DNA of 58,012 bases, taken from the NCBI RefSeq assembly GCF_001194135.2, contig NC_068981.1:182702251-182760262 (forward strand), given 5' to 3'. This stretch comes from Octopus bimaculoides (taxonomy: Eukaryota). Position 1 is the stretch's first letter. Each line of letters opens with the position of its first letter. This document shows positions 38,101 through 49,509 of this stretch, piece after piece. The position numbers were made by a program, and so were the translations under genes. The notes under the pieces are model-generated. The model had not been told where the DNA came from. It worked only from the letters and a program-made list of their open reading frames with translations, and made no database searches.

Positions 38101-39234
38101 GTCAGCGTGAAAAGTAGATTAATTTTTTTCTATCGTTTTATCCCTTTATTTGGACTATAAAAATGGATTAGAACCATACCGGAAGAACAGATTACGGTGA
38201 AAATATTTAGTTGAAATATGAATGAAAGAGAATCTAACTATTGATCATATACTAGCGACGGAAGCAGTATTGATACCAAAAAGCAATCTATATGTCCCGT
38301 GGATGAAAGATTCTTCCATATAGATGTACGGTGCTTAAAACAAAGACATACATCGTAGCCGACGAAAACCGTCCGGTATGGCTGCCAGAATTGCCTGATC
38401 ATGTGATTTCAGCATGCCGTGCTTCTTCAGTGGTAGGCATGCTGTTCCGCATACCAGCCAAATTTCACTGTCAATGATATATAGAATAACAGTGGCTTTT
38501 CAGTCACCGGTGTTGCAACTAGCCAACAAACTTATCAGAAAACAGTATTAGCGATGGAGGCAGTATTAATACTAAAAGGCACTCTTTATATGCTATTAAA
38601 TGTAGATGTACTATTCAAGCGTTGAATCCTGCGGTTTTCGCATTGGGATGTCCTATCATATAGACGTACGGTGCTAAAAGCACAGGCATACATCGTAGCA
38701 GACGAAAACTGTCTGGTATGGGTGTCGGAACTGCTGCGCTTGTAAGGATATAAGATTGCTTTTTCACATACACTCATACACAAACATATACTTCAATATC
38801 TATGTATACATGTATATGGATACATTTATATATAATATATGTAACAACAATAATTTATATGGTATAAATATGTGATAATTACAATGTAATTATCTCCAGC
38901 TATATAAAATCACAGCTCTTCGACCTGTAACTTGTTTGATGAGTGCCAACGCACGAAACTCTCGACCTTTGAGTCACTCTGTTGCTTCTGCTAAATATTA
39001 GAATAATAATTACAATAATAATAATAACAATAATACGCTCACATACATACATACATGCGTGTATGTATGTATGTATGTATGTATGTATGTTTCAGAATTT
39101 GTGTATGTGTGTTGAGAGTGACTTGATCTGGGATCGTTTGTCTGAAACTGAACCGCGCCTGGAAGAGCTATGCTAACCATTTAAGACAGGAGTTTTCAAT
39201 CATATTTTTTTTTACCGATGGACCCCTTTGATTT

Positions 39235-40378
39235 CATGGTTCTGGGTTCAGTCCTACTGCGTGGGTTCAGTCCCACTTGGGCAAGTGTCTTCTACTATAG
39301 CCTCGGGCCGACCAAAGCCTTGTGAGTGGATTTGGTAGACGGAAACTGAAAGAAACCCGTCGTATATGTATATATATATCTATATATATATATAAAAACA
39401 AATAGTAAATGAGTATATGCATATATACGTACAGGTATGTGCATACCGACATCCACCTGTATGTATAGGTGCATATCTGGNNNNNNNNNNNNNNNNNNNN
39501 NNNNNNNNNNNNNNNNNNNNNNNNNNNNNNNNNNNNNNNNNNNNNNNNNNNNNNNNNNNNNNNNNNNNNNNNNNNNNNNNNNNNNNNNNNNNNNNNNNNN
39601 NNNNNNNNNNNNNNNNNNNNNNNNNNNNNNNNNNNNNNNNNNNNNNNNNNNNNNNNNNNNNNNNNNNNNNNNNNNNNNNNNNNNNNNNNNNNNNNNNNNN
39701 NNNNNNNNNNNNNNNNNNNNNNNNNNNNNNNNNNNNNNNNNNNNNNNNNNNNNNNNNNNNNNNNNNNNNNNNNNNNNNNNNNNNNNNNNNNNNNNNNNNN
39801 NNNNNNNNNNNNNNNNNNNNNNNNNNNNNNNNNNNNNNNNNNNNNNNNNNNNNNNNNNNNNNNNNNNNNNNNNNNNNNNNNNNNNNNNNNNNNNNNNNNN
39901 NNNNNNNNNNNNNNNNNNNNNNNNNNNNNNNNNNNNNNNNNNNNNNNNNNNNNNNNNNNNNNNNNNNNNNNNNNNGGGAGAAACAAAGGGAGGAAGTAGA
40001 AGAATAGGTGAGCAACGAGAGGAAAAGAGAAAGAGAGGAAGTACGAGGGGGGAAAAAGAGATACGTAGTAGTAACAGAGGAAGAACGAGAGGGGTAAAGC
40101 GAGATACGTAGTAGTAAAGAGGAAGAGTATATATAGATGTATGTGTGTGTGTGTATATGTTTGTGTGTGTGTGTATATGTTTGTGTGTCTGTGTTTGTCC
40201 ACCCAACATCGCTTGACAACCAATGCTGGTGTGTTTACGTTCCCGTAACTTAGCGGTTCGGCAAAAGAGACTGATAGAATAAGTACTAGGCTTACAAAGA
40301 ATAAGTCCTAGGGTCGATTTGCTCGACTAAAGGCGGTGCTCCAGCATGGCCGCAGTCAAATGACAAACAAGTAAAAGA
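39235..40378 (+). mobile_element. SINE family C pieces on either side of a gap
   Basis: Head and body at 39235-39400, tail at 40150-40378. Confidence 0.75.
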
Positions 40379-41049
40379 GTATGTGTATTTGTATGTGTGT
40401 ATTATAGAATAGAATGAAACCTAAAAAGTGACGTAAGCAGTGTTTCTGTTACTGTTATTCCCGTTCCCACTACGACTTTTATATTCACACACTGAAACAG
40501 ACTCCCCTCCCACCTATTTCCAACTTCTTTTTTTCTTTCTTTCTTCCTCGTTTCTTTCACTCTCGCTAAATCAGTGTTACGGAACTTTAGCTTCGCATTT
40601 CTTATTTTACGCTCATAAATGTCGTATGTATCGCGAAGAGGGCCTAGTTAAAAGAATGCGTCGAATAGGTTTCTTTATCGACAATGAAGAAGAAAAGGAA
40701 GATAATGAAGAACAAAATTCAGCTTCAGAACGAGGGATTGCATATAAAACAACAAACTACTGGAATCTTTTGAAACAGCTAAGAACATTCCATGCAAGGA
40801 AGTAACCGACACCTTCCTGCAGAATATGGCGAATAATATAAAGGATATCCAAAAATCAAAGAATATATTATTAGTCAAGGTAGACAAAAGTATAGAACAC
40901 ATGTAAAGTGAAGTATAATTCTTACAATAATTAACTAACAAACAACTTTACGAGTAATTATATAAAATAACACCAATAATACATTAAATTCCGTAAATAG
41001 CAAAACTTTATATAGAAGCCAAATAAAAATTCTTGCACTAAAAAAAAAG

Positions 41050-42220
41050 AAAAAGAAAAAAAAAACTAGGTACATTACTGCCAAAGGCTAAAATTACAAT
41101 TTCATGAAAATTCCTGCCACCAAACCGACTGAAATAGAACGGGGAAAAATGAGTAAAAGTTTCTTGACATAATCATCAATAAAATTCAGAAAGATACCCG
41201 ATTCTAGATTGCGAAATAACCATGATAAACAAAACTGCAAGTTCGCAGTTCTTTTCTACTCTAGGCACAAGGCCCGAAATTTTTTTGGGAGAGGGCCAGT
41301 CAATTAGATCGACGCCAGTATGCAACTGGTACTTAATTTATCGATCCCGAAAGGATGAAAGGCAAAGTCAACCTTGGCGGAATTTGAACTCAGAATGTAA
41401 AGACAAACGAAATACCACTAAGTATTTCGCCCGGCGTGCTAACGATTCTGCCAGCTAGCCGCCTTACTGCAAGTTCAAAATCGACTATTATTCTTCATAA
41501 CTAAACCTCCACAAATAAAAACTTTTAGACTTTGCAAAACTTTATTCTACTATCAGAAATAATGACACACAAAGAATAATGCATGCCAAATATTCATAAA
41601 GATAAAAAAAAAAACACAATACAGGACTTTTTGATGTACGTATGGGAGCTGAAGAAATTTAAGATTTTATTTAGTTGTATATTTTCAACTTAAACCGTAA
41701 TAAATGCCAAACTATTAATGGCGGAGCTTATAGAGATGATGGCTGATTAATCAACAAAGAATATTAGCGGCTTACAAGCAGACAAACTTAGATGAAATAA
41801 ATAAAAATCTATCCAAGCTATTTGAACCTAAACGTATAGTAAGTGGTAGACATATGAGTTAATAATTTAGACATACATCGTAAAGTTTAACCTTAACAAC
41901 AAAATTATTAAACCAAACATACTAAATGATACAATATAAGTCATAATTTCATCCATTCACCGTGTGAATTTAAGTAAGAGAACCTTGATGATCTCTAATG
42001 CAGAGGCTGTATACAATAATGCCCTAGAATCTAGTAGCTTTTTAAAGAAACCATTACATATCCCAAACATACACACAGTCAGAGGAATCGCAAAATCCAG
42101 GCAAAATGGGTTATAAGACCACATTCCATTAACGTACTCCGCACTCTGTTGGTACAATATTTCTCCATCTTTTCGAAGTCGAACGAAATGCCACGAAGAA
42201 TTTTGCCCAGTATGCTACAC
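41050..42220 (+). mobile_element. Heavily decayed Penelope-like RT (Naiad-type motifs), interrupted by SINE B
   Basis: Remnants read by eye: E.GKMSK, FDV.MG, GAYRDDG, YNNALESS and a WYN(P)PFS-like motif; many stops and frameshifts. Confidence 0.6.
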
Positions 42221-42429
42221 TTTAATAATAATAATAATAATAATAATAATGATAATTTTTATTATTATTTCATATACGCACAGCAAATTAAACTGTTGGA
42301 AAAGAAAAATTCTTAACATCGAGCTACAAGTAACCTTAGATGCCAAGAACCCTCCCAAATATTTTAGCTGTTCCTAGTAACATTGTTTTTTTCTGGAGCT
42401 TACTAAACTAGGTTTTATGCCTATTTCCT

Positions 42430-42570
42430 CTATCCATTTGTTCAAATCTTTTGGGATAGTTCCTAATACACCTATAGCTACAGTGATACATTTTACCCGC
42501 ATTTTTCATAGTCACTGTAACTCAATGCCTAGGTCCTGGTACTTTGCTATTATTATCATTATTATTACAA
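42430..42570 (-). mobile_element. R4/Dong endonuclease-domain fragment
   Basis: AKYQDLGIEL...VAIGVLGTIPKDL, next to (TAT)n. Confidence 0.6.
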
Positions 42571-42750
42571 TTAAACCTTGGGAGAGGCATTATGCCGGTA
42601 ATAAACACACGCACTGGTTCAGTCCTTTATTAATTTATATAGTTTTTTGTTAAATTATTTAATTGCACTCTTGCAATCTCTTCAGTAACTTGTCTCTCCA
42701 CTTCCATTTATTTTGAATGTATGATTTGGCGTTGTTTTGAAACTGTTCGG

Positions 42751-44268
42751 TATGAGCATGTGAGTGTGTGCAAGCTCGTATGCGTGCACGCTCATATGTG
42801 TGCACGCACTTATGTGTTCGTGCTTATCTGTAAGTATGTGCGTCCATATGTGTGTTTGTAACAATTTCGTTTATATCAGATCAGATAGAGACTTTGGACT
42901 TCTTTCTTCTTTCGGTNNNNNNNNNNNNNNNNNNNNNNNNNNNNNNNNNNNNNNNNNNNNNNNNNNNNNNNNNNNNNNNNNNNNNNNNNNNNNNNNNNNN
43001 NNNNNNNNNNNNNNNNNNNNNNNNNNNNNNNNNNNNNNNNNNNNNNNNNNNNNNNNNNNNNNNNNNNNNNNNNNNNNNNNNNNNNNNNNNNNNNNNNNNN
43101 NNNNNNNNNNNNNNNNNNNNNNNNNNNNNNNNNNNNNNNNNNNNNNNNNNNNNNNNNNNNNNNNNNNNNNNNNNNNNNNNNNNNNNNNNNNNNNNNNNNN
43201 NNNNNNNNNNNNNNNNNNNNNNNNNNNNNNNNNNNNNNNNNNNNTATGAGGACCGACTCCTGTATTTGTCGCAACGATGCGTCACCGGATTTCTATGCTA
43301 ATTCGGTCCAGTACACCACCATGTTGTTCTTTGGCATGTTGGTAGAGCACCGAGGTTTGTTTTTAATTATTATAGTCCCTCCAATGTTCATTTACACGCT
43401 CAGCCAAACTTCTTGCCGTTTCACCTATGTATGTCGTGTTTCTGTTTTTACAATCACCATCCATACAGCTTATTTTGTAGACCACATTTCTGGCTTTGCA
43501 GTTGATACCAGGACTATATTTGCACACAATGCAATTCTCTTCTACACACTTTGTCCTTCTCAAGGGATATGTTTTACATATTATTGATCTAATGGATCTC
43601 CCTGGTTTTTGTATAACATTTATCCTCAACTTAGTACTTTTGAGGATTTTTCGAAATCTGCGGGCTAGTTCTCCGTGTGGTGTGGCGTCTATAAACATTA
43701 CTCCCTGGAACTTGTCGGTATTGCACCATGTGCTCTTTCTGTTTGTTTTGTCACTAATTCTTTGTAGTCTATTCCACTGTTTATTACGGTATCTAGGTTG
43801 TGTTCCATCTGTATCTTTGACAACAATCTTCTCAAATTTCTTGCTAGCTCCTCTGTATACTCGGATTCTATCTTTCTGGCTGTATCCCGAAAACTGCATG
43901 CGATGCATGAAGTCTTGTATATGTCTTTGCCTCTCCCATGGACTGCACAGAGGGGATATGTTTTTTATTATTCTAACTAAATCGGCTATTAATATATTGA
44001 TTTTCACACTGTGTAATAGAGCTGAATTCTTATGGATAACATACTTTGAAGATATAGGTTTCATATAATGTGAGTGGAGGATTTGAACTTTGTCGTTAAT
44101 TGTTTCTAGCCAAAACCAAGTCCAAAGTCTCTATCTGATCTGATATAAACGAAATTGTTACAAACACACATATGGACGCACATACTTACAGATAAGCACG
44201 AACACATAAGTGCGTGCACACATATGAGCGTGCACGCATACGAGCTTGCACACACTCACATGCTCATA
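42751..44268 (-). mobile_element. Penelope-like element (RT thumb, Cys cluster, GIY-YIG) with inverted terminal repeats
   Basis: ORF 43363-44064 (-): FMHRMQFSGY..., CVEENCIVC..NC.ARNVVYKISC..C..YIGETARSLAERVNEH; 151-bp perfect inverted repeat at 42751-42901 and 44118-44268. Confidence 0.85.
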
Positions 44269-44550
44269 NNNNNNNNNNNNNNNNNNNNNNNNNNNNNNNN
44301 NNNNNNNNNNNNNNNNNNNNNNNNNNNNNNNNNNNNNNNNNNNNNNNNNNNNNNNNNNNNNNNNNNNNNNNNNNNNNNNNNNNNNNNNNNNNNNNNNNNN
44401 NNNNNNNNNNNNNNNNNNNNNNNNNNNNNNNNNNNNNNNNNNNNNNNNNNNNNNNNNNNNNNNNNNNNNNNNNNNNNNNNNNNNNNNNNNNNNNNNNNNN
44501 NNNNNNNNNGTATCCACATCAAGAATCTTGCACACGAAATACACATACGA

Positions 44551-44563
44551 AATATTATTATTA

Positions 44564-44645
<82 letters not shown>
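44551..44645. repeat. (TAT)n microsatellite
   Basis: Directly visible; other TAA arrays at about 4023-4078, 4294-4335 and 42227-42250. Confidence 0.95.
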
Positions 44646-44646
<1 letters not shown>

Positions 44647-46460
44647 TGTTTTTCTTTCCATCTGTACACATTCTTCTACAGCAGTTAAGCCTCTTCAGCC
44701 CTGGTCTCTCTTCAAGTACATCCGGTCGATATCAGCTTTCGGATGGTGGGCTCCATACATCGTCAACAACTTTCCAATTATTCTGTCAAGTTTCTTTATT
44801 TCGTTTCTGGTCCAGTCTATTACTCCAAGTCCATATCTGATTAAGGGTACTGCCCTTGAATTTATTGCTTCAATAAGATTTTTGGAAATATGCGTCTACA
44901 ATTTCTAATTATCCTTTTATCAACAAATAAGTGATCTTTTGTTGCCCTACTTTGTTTCCTGCGTCCTTTCTGTTCTGGAAGTAGACTGTTACTTTCCAGA
45001 TGGTTGCATAACTCTGCCGCCAAGACACCGGTCATAAGCTTCCATATTAGTGGTAGGCAGGTCATAGGTCGAAAATTTGATGTCAAGTTACCTTGAGGTG
45101 TAGCAGTGTTCGTCCACTTGTCATCCAGGCACGGACACGACCTTGCTGCAGGCAGTCATCCAGTTGCGCAACAATCCTATCATGCAACTGTGTAAAATTC
45201 TTCAGCCAATAGCCTAGTACTCCAGCCGGGCCTGGACCTTTCCAATTTGCTATTTCATTAAACTTGTCTCACTGTTTATAGATTAATTCTGATGTCCTTT
45301 TGTCTTGGTACAGTTTCAAGCTGTCTCCCCACCTTTGTTAGCCACTCCGCGCTTTCTTTATGTCTTGCCGGCCTGTTCCACAACCTTCCCAAAAATTATT
45401 TACTTTCTTCTGCATCTGGAATCAGTTCCTAGTGTTGGCTTTCCTCTATTTTCTCAAAATAGACGCCTTCTATATGATTGGAGCAGTCTATTCTGTTCGA
45501 AATCTTTGCATCTTGCATCATATCTTTTCAATTTGGCCTTTAATGCTGTCAACTTTTGTGACAATTCTTCATGTACTGTTTGTTTTCCCCTTTCTTCTAA
45601 CTTGTACTGTTCATTCAATTTTCTGATTACTACCTTATTCTTGAGCTCTCCTCTCATTATCTTATTCAGTTGCCCCAGTTCTTTCCGTATCTTTTCCAGC
45701 TTCATTCATATTCTCTTCCTCCAGTTTGGTTCTTTCTTTTCATTTGCTTTAATATCTTCAGTTTTTCGCTTGTAGCCACCTATGTAGCTATGACATTAGC
45801 AGCAGTGATGAGCAGCTGGTTTGTTTTACTGATGTTTAGTGTTTTAATGAAGTTTAAAACGTCATTTACTTTGTCTATGGCTTTCCTCATTCGTTTTCTG
45901 TCCATATATTTTACATTTGGTGGTGCTTCATTGTTCCCATCAGTCATTTTACCTTGCAACATTTCTATAATCTCTTTCTATTCATCATTCAAGTCTTGCG
46001 TTGCACTTACTGTCACGTTTCCATCTACGTCATCTTCATTAGTTACTTTATCAGTATACTCTGGTACTCTGCAGCTTCCATTTGTTTCATGTTCTTCATC
46101 TCTTACCCCTTCATTACCGCTTTCTGCTGCTGCTGTTTCACTGCTCATTTTTTATTATATTTCTCTGAATTTCTTCGATCTCTACCGCCGTAATCCAGTC
46201 GTTCCTACGGATTGCTCTTGTTTGGTCTATCAGTCTCTGGGCAGATGCTTCAAATCCTCCTTTTTCAACCCATAATCTCTTCATTCGATTCATGAAGCCT
46301 CTTTTATTTGGCTCACCTCTCAGTCAGCATTCTATTACTATTTTGTTTACTTCTTTTTCCCCATTTCATTCTTTTTCTTTTGCACTTTTGACTGCGATCC
46401 TGATCCTGATCAAGAGCTTGATGCTACCAACACAGTCAGCTAGAAGAACGAAGACGAACA
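44646..46460 (-). mobile_element. R4/Dong-type LINE, internally deleted
   Basis: N-terminal region (LKAKLKRYDAR..QNRLLQ), KGPGPAGVLGYWLKNF, SNFRPMTCLPLIWKL..QKG..TKDHL, then a jump to NLIEAINSRAVPLIRYGLGVIDW..HHPKADIDRMYL; ends at an (AAT)n array. Confidence 0.85.
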
Positions 46461-46926
46461 CAAAAACAACAGAAACCATCAGAGACAGAAGAGCAACGAT
46501 GGCAACAAAGCCACTGCGACTACAGGAAATACAGAGAACAATAGCTTACAACAGTGCTACTACCACCACCACCAACAATACAAGCACATGATAATAATAC
46601 TAATGATAATACGCCCTGGGAATGGCATAAAGCTGCACCCGGTTCTGGCGTCACGACGTGGGAAGAACAAGATTGCCCTTAACCACAACTACTTCCAGGT
46701 AACCGTTGGGCAAAGTGTAGTACCTGTAATCCCGCCCCGAGACCTAGAAATACCAGGATGGCGTCTGGCAGGGTTAAGCTTGTCTCATGGGAGGAGAAGT
46801 CCCTTCAGCCTCGGTCGGCAACCCCTCTAAAGAAGGTGACTCAATAAAACCACCGAGGGTTTTAATGGGAATGTTTTAATGGAAATGAAAATAAAATTTC
46901 GTATTGACATTGGCCAGCCTGCACTT

Positions 46927-49130
46927 TGTTTCTTTATTCCCCACTAGAGGCGAACATAGAGGGCACAATACAAAGACATGTGGGGACATGGAACAAACAA
47001 AACAAAGTAAAAAATATAAAAATAAAAACGTATGTTACAAGATGAATGATAAATGAAAATGAAAAATGGAATGAAGTTCCTCAGCCCTACCTCCGAGTGA
47101 CTCCATTTATCCCTTTTAGTCACTTCTTGTACTTGTTGTTGTTGTTGGCACTCCGTCGCTTACGACGTCGAGGGTTCCAGTTGATCCGATCAACGGAACA
47201 GCCTGCTTGTGAAATTAACGTGCAAGTGGTTGAGCACTCCACAGACAAGTGTACCCTTAACGTAGTTCTCGGGGATATTCAGCGTGACACAGTGTGACAA
47301 GGCTGACCCTTTGAATTACAGGCACAACAGAAACAGGAAGTAACAGTGAGAGAAAGTTGTGGTAAAAGAGTACAGCAGGATTCGCCACCATCCCCTGCCG
47401 GAGCCTCGTGAAGCTTTAGGTGTTTTCGCTCAGTAAACACTCACAACGCCCGGTCTGGGAATCGAAACCGCGATCCTATGACCGCGAGTCCGCTGCCCTA
47501 ACCACTGGGCCATTGCGCCAATGTACCATTGCGCCTCCACTTGTACTTTGTACCCGCCAATATATCGAACTTATACTCCTCCAGTAACTGCAAGTACGTT
47601 AAATGCCATGGCAATTGGTCTATATCTAAGTCCACTTTCCAAATTTTGTATCCACTTTTAAATTTTGTTATTGTTTCTCTTTGTTCTTCTGTAAATATGC
47701 ACATTGTCATATTTATTCGTTTCAGCTGCTCTGATATATTTCTATGTTTTTATTTCTTCGTAGAATTTTCTATTTGAATTATCATATATTATCGCATAAC
47801 AATTCTTTTTCTTTTTTTGCCGGAGGTGGGGAAGTTTGAGGGCTTGTGTCTGTATGCAGTTCTTTGTTTGTCAGAGGAGAGTGGGAAGATTTAGCGTCTG
47901 TAAGGGGAGGGGAGGGAAGTGGGTGTGGGTGGGTGTTGGGTTCTGTGTCTGTTTTGCTTGTTTTTTTTCCTTTTTCTCCCTCTCTTTCCGGTTGTCTCCC
48001 ATTCGCTGTCTGTTTCTCTCCCTTTTTCTTCTGTATCCGCTGGTGCTATTGCTTCAACTTTCCTTGTCTGTTCTTCCTGTGGTTCATCCAACTTTTTGGC
48101 CGGTGAAGGGCAGTCTGCTCTAATATGGCCTCTCAGGCCGGACTTAAAGCATCGAGGGGTCCTGCCTTTCACCCTGACCCACATTATTACATCATCTATC
48201 GTTATCTTTTCTGTCATATTCTCAATGGCTTCATCTGGCTCTTGGATGACCATGTTTAAGGTTTGACCTTTCCAGTACCTACTTTCCGTCTTTGTGGCTT
48301 GGAGAACCGTTATCTCTTTCTCATTTCCATGTAGGACAGCGGCTGCTATCCAGGTCACGTCACCTTCTGGTGGGATACCCTCCACGCTAACCTTTGTAGC
48401 ACGCCTTCCACGGTACGTGGGCAGTAGTGCCACTTCTTCACTCTTTATGATGGTTGCCGTATTCTCCCTTGCCTTTGCTGTCTTCTTAAATCTCACCTCT
48501 ACCGTTCCATACTTGGCCCCTCTGGCAAAATACGTTATCTTTTACCAGATTGGCCTTAGTGCCTTCTCTATTTGGGTTGTAGACATAATGTCTCTCTTCC
48601 CAGCAGCTACTGAATGCGTCTTGTATACAATTGTACATTCGTTCCTGTTGTTTATCATTTCTTGTGGTGGGTTCAATTCAACGTTTGAATCCTTCGCAGC
48701 TCATTAATTTCTTATAATTTTCCCATTCTTCACGTTCAATTTGATATTCCTGACACTTCGCAATTTCTGCAAAGTTTCTGCTTTCTCTTATAAGTTCCTC
48801 ATTCATTTTCTCAATCTTGTTCCACGTATCCTCTTCCGACGACGACTGCTCCGACTGCTCCGACGAGGACAGCTCAGAGTCGCTGATATCATCGTCTGAC
48901 ATCTTGTATACTCAGCCTACCCTCCTCAATGAGGAGGGAAAGCACAAACTGCCACATTGCCGCACAATACAATAAACTGAATGTTTAAAAACACTTACAC
49001 AAAAATCAAACACAAAATTCAACGTCTTTACACGGCAAACAAAATGACTTACTAACAACCCAACACCAACTCCGCACTTCACGCATGTTAACCATCCATT
49101 GAGTATATAACATAAGCAACACACAACAAG
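46927..49130 (-). mobile_element. ORF1-only L1/Tx1-like retroelement
   Basis: Decayed ORF1 (KYGTVEVRF, LLPTYRGRR..VEGIPPE, knuckle RCFKSGLRGHIRADCP); 3' UTR with AATAAA (plus-strand tttatt at 46933-46938); no endonuclease or RT seen. The 5' boundary is uncertain (49130-49411). Confidence 0.7.
47135..47540 (-). mobile_element. tRNA-derived SINE, family A
   Basis: TSD ttgtactt at 47127-47134 and 47541-47548; short duplication of the head end (ccattgcgcc twice). Confidence 0.9.
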
Positions 49131-49467
49131 GAGAAAGAGACAAAAATAAAATTACACGTGCTAAAATTTTTTTTTCTGAAAACGTTCAATGACATTAACT
49201 GGAGTGTAGGGTTCGAGTAGAGCCATTCCACCTTTTCATTTATCATCACCATTCTTTTCAAACGATTTTATTCTTTCCCCACTTTTGTGTTTTGTCCGTC
49301 CTTGTGCTGTCCCATCTGTGTTTCCATCCTGTGTGGTTAATAAAAAAAACCAAGTCGTCAGGTATGTATATGTATGTGTAGATGTTTGTGTGTGTGAGTG
49401 TGTATGTGTGTTGACACTGGCCAGCCCGCACTTCACACATGTCAGTCGTCAGGTATATATGTGTGTA

Positions 49468-49509
<42 letters not shown>

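Noticed and set aside
40624-40805. Short ORF MYREEGLVKRMRRIGFFIDNEEEKEDNEE..., downstream of a TGACGTAA motif
   Set aside because: No homology recognised; may be the 5' part of the decayed Penelope-like element downstream.
8590-44908. Long ORFs in the track made of X or low-complexity residues
   Set aside because: They are read-through of N gaps and microsatellites.
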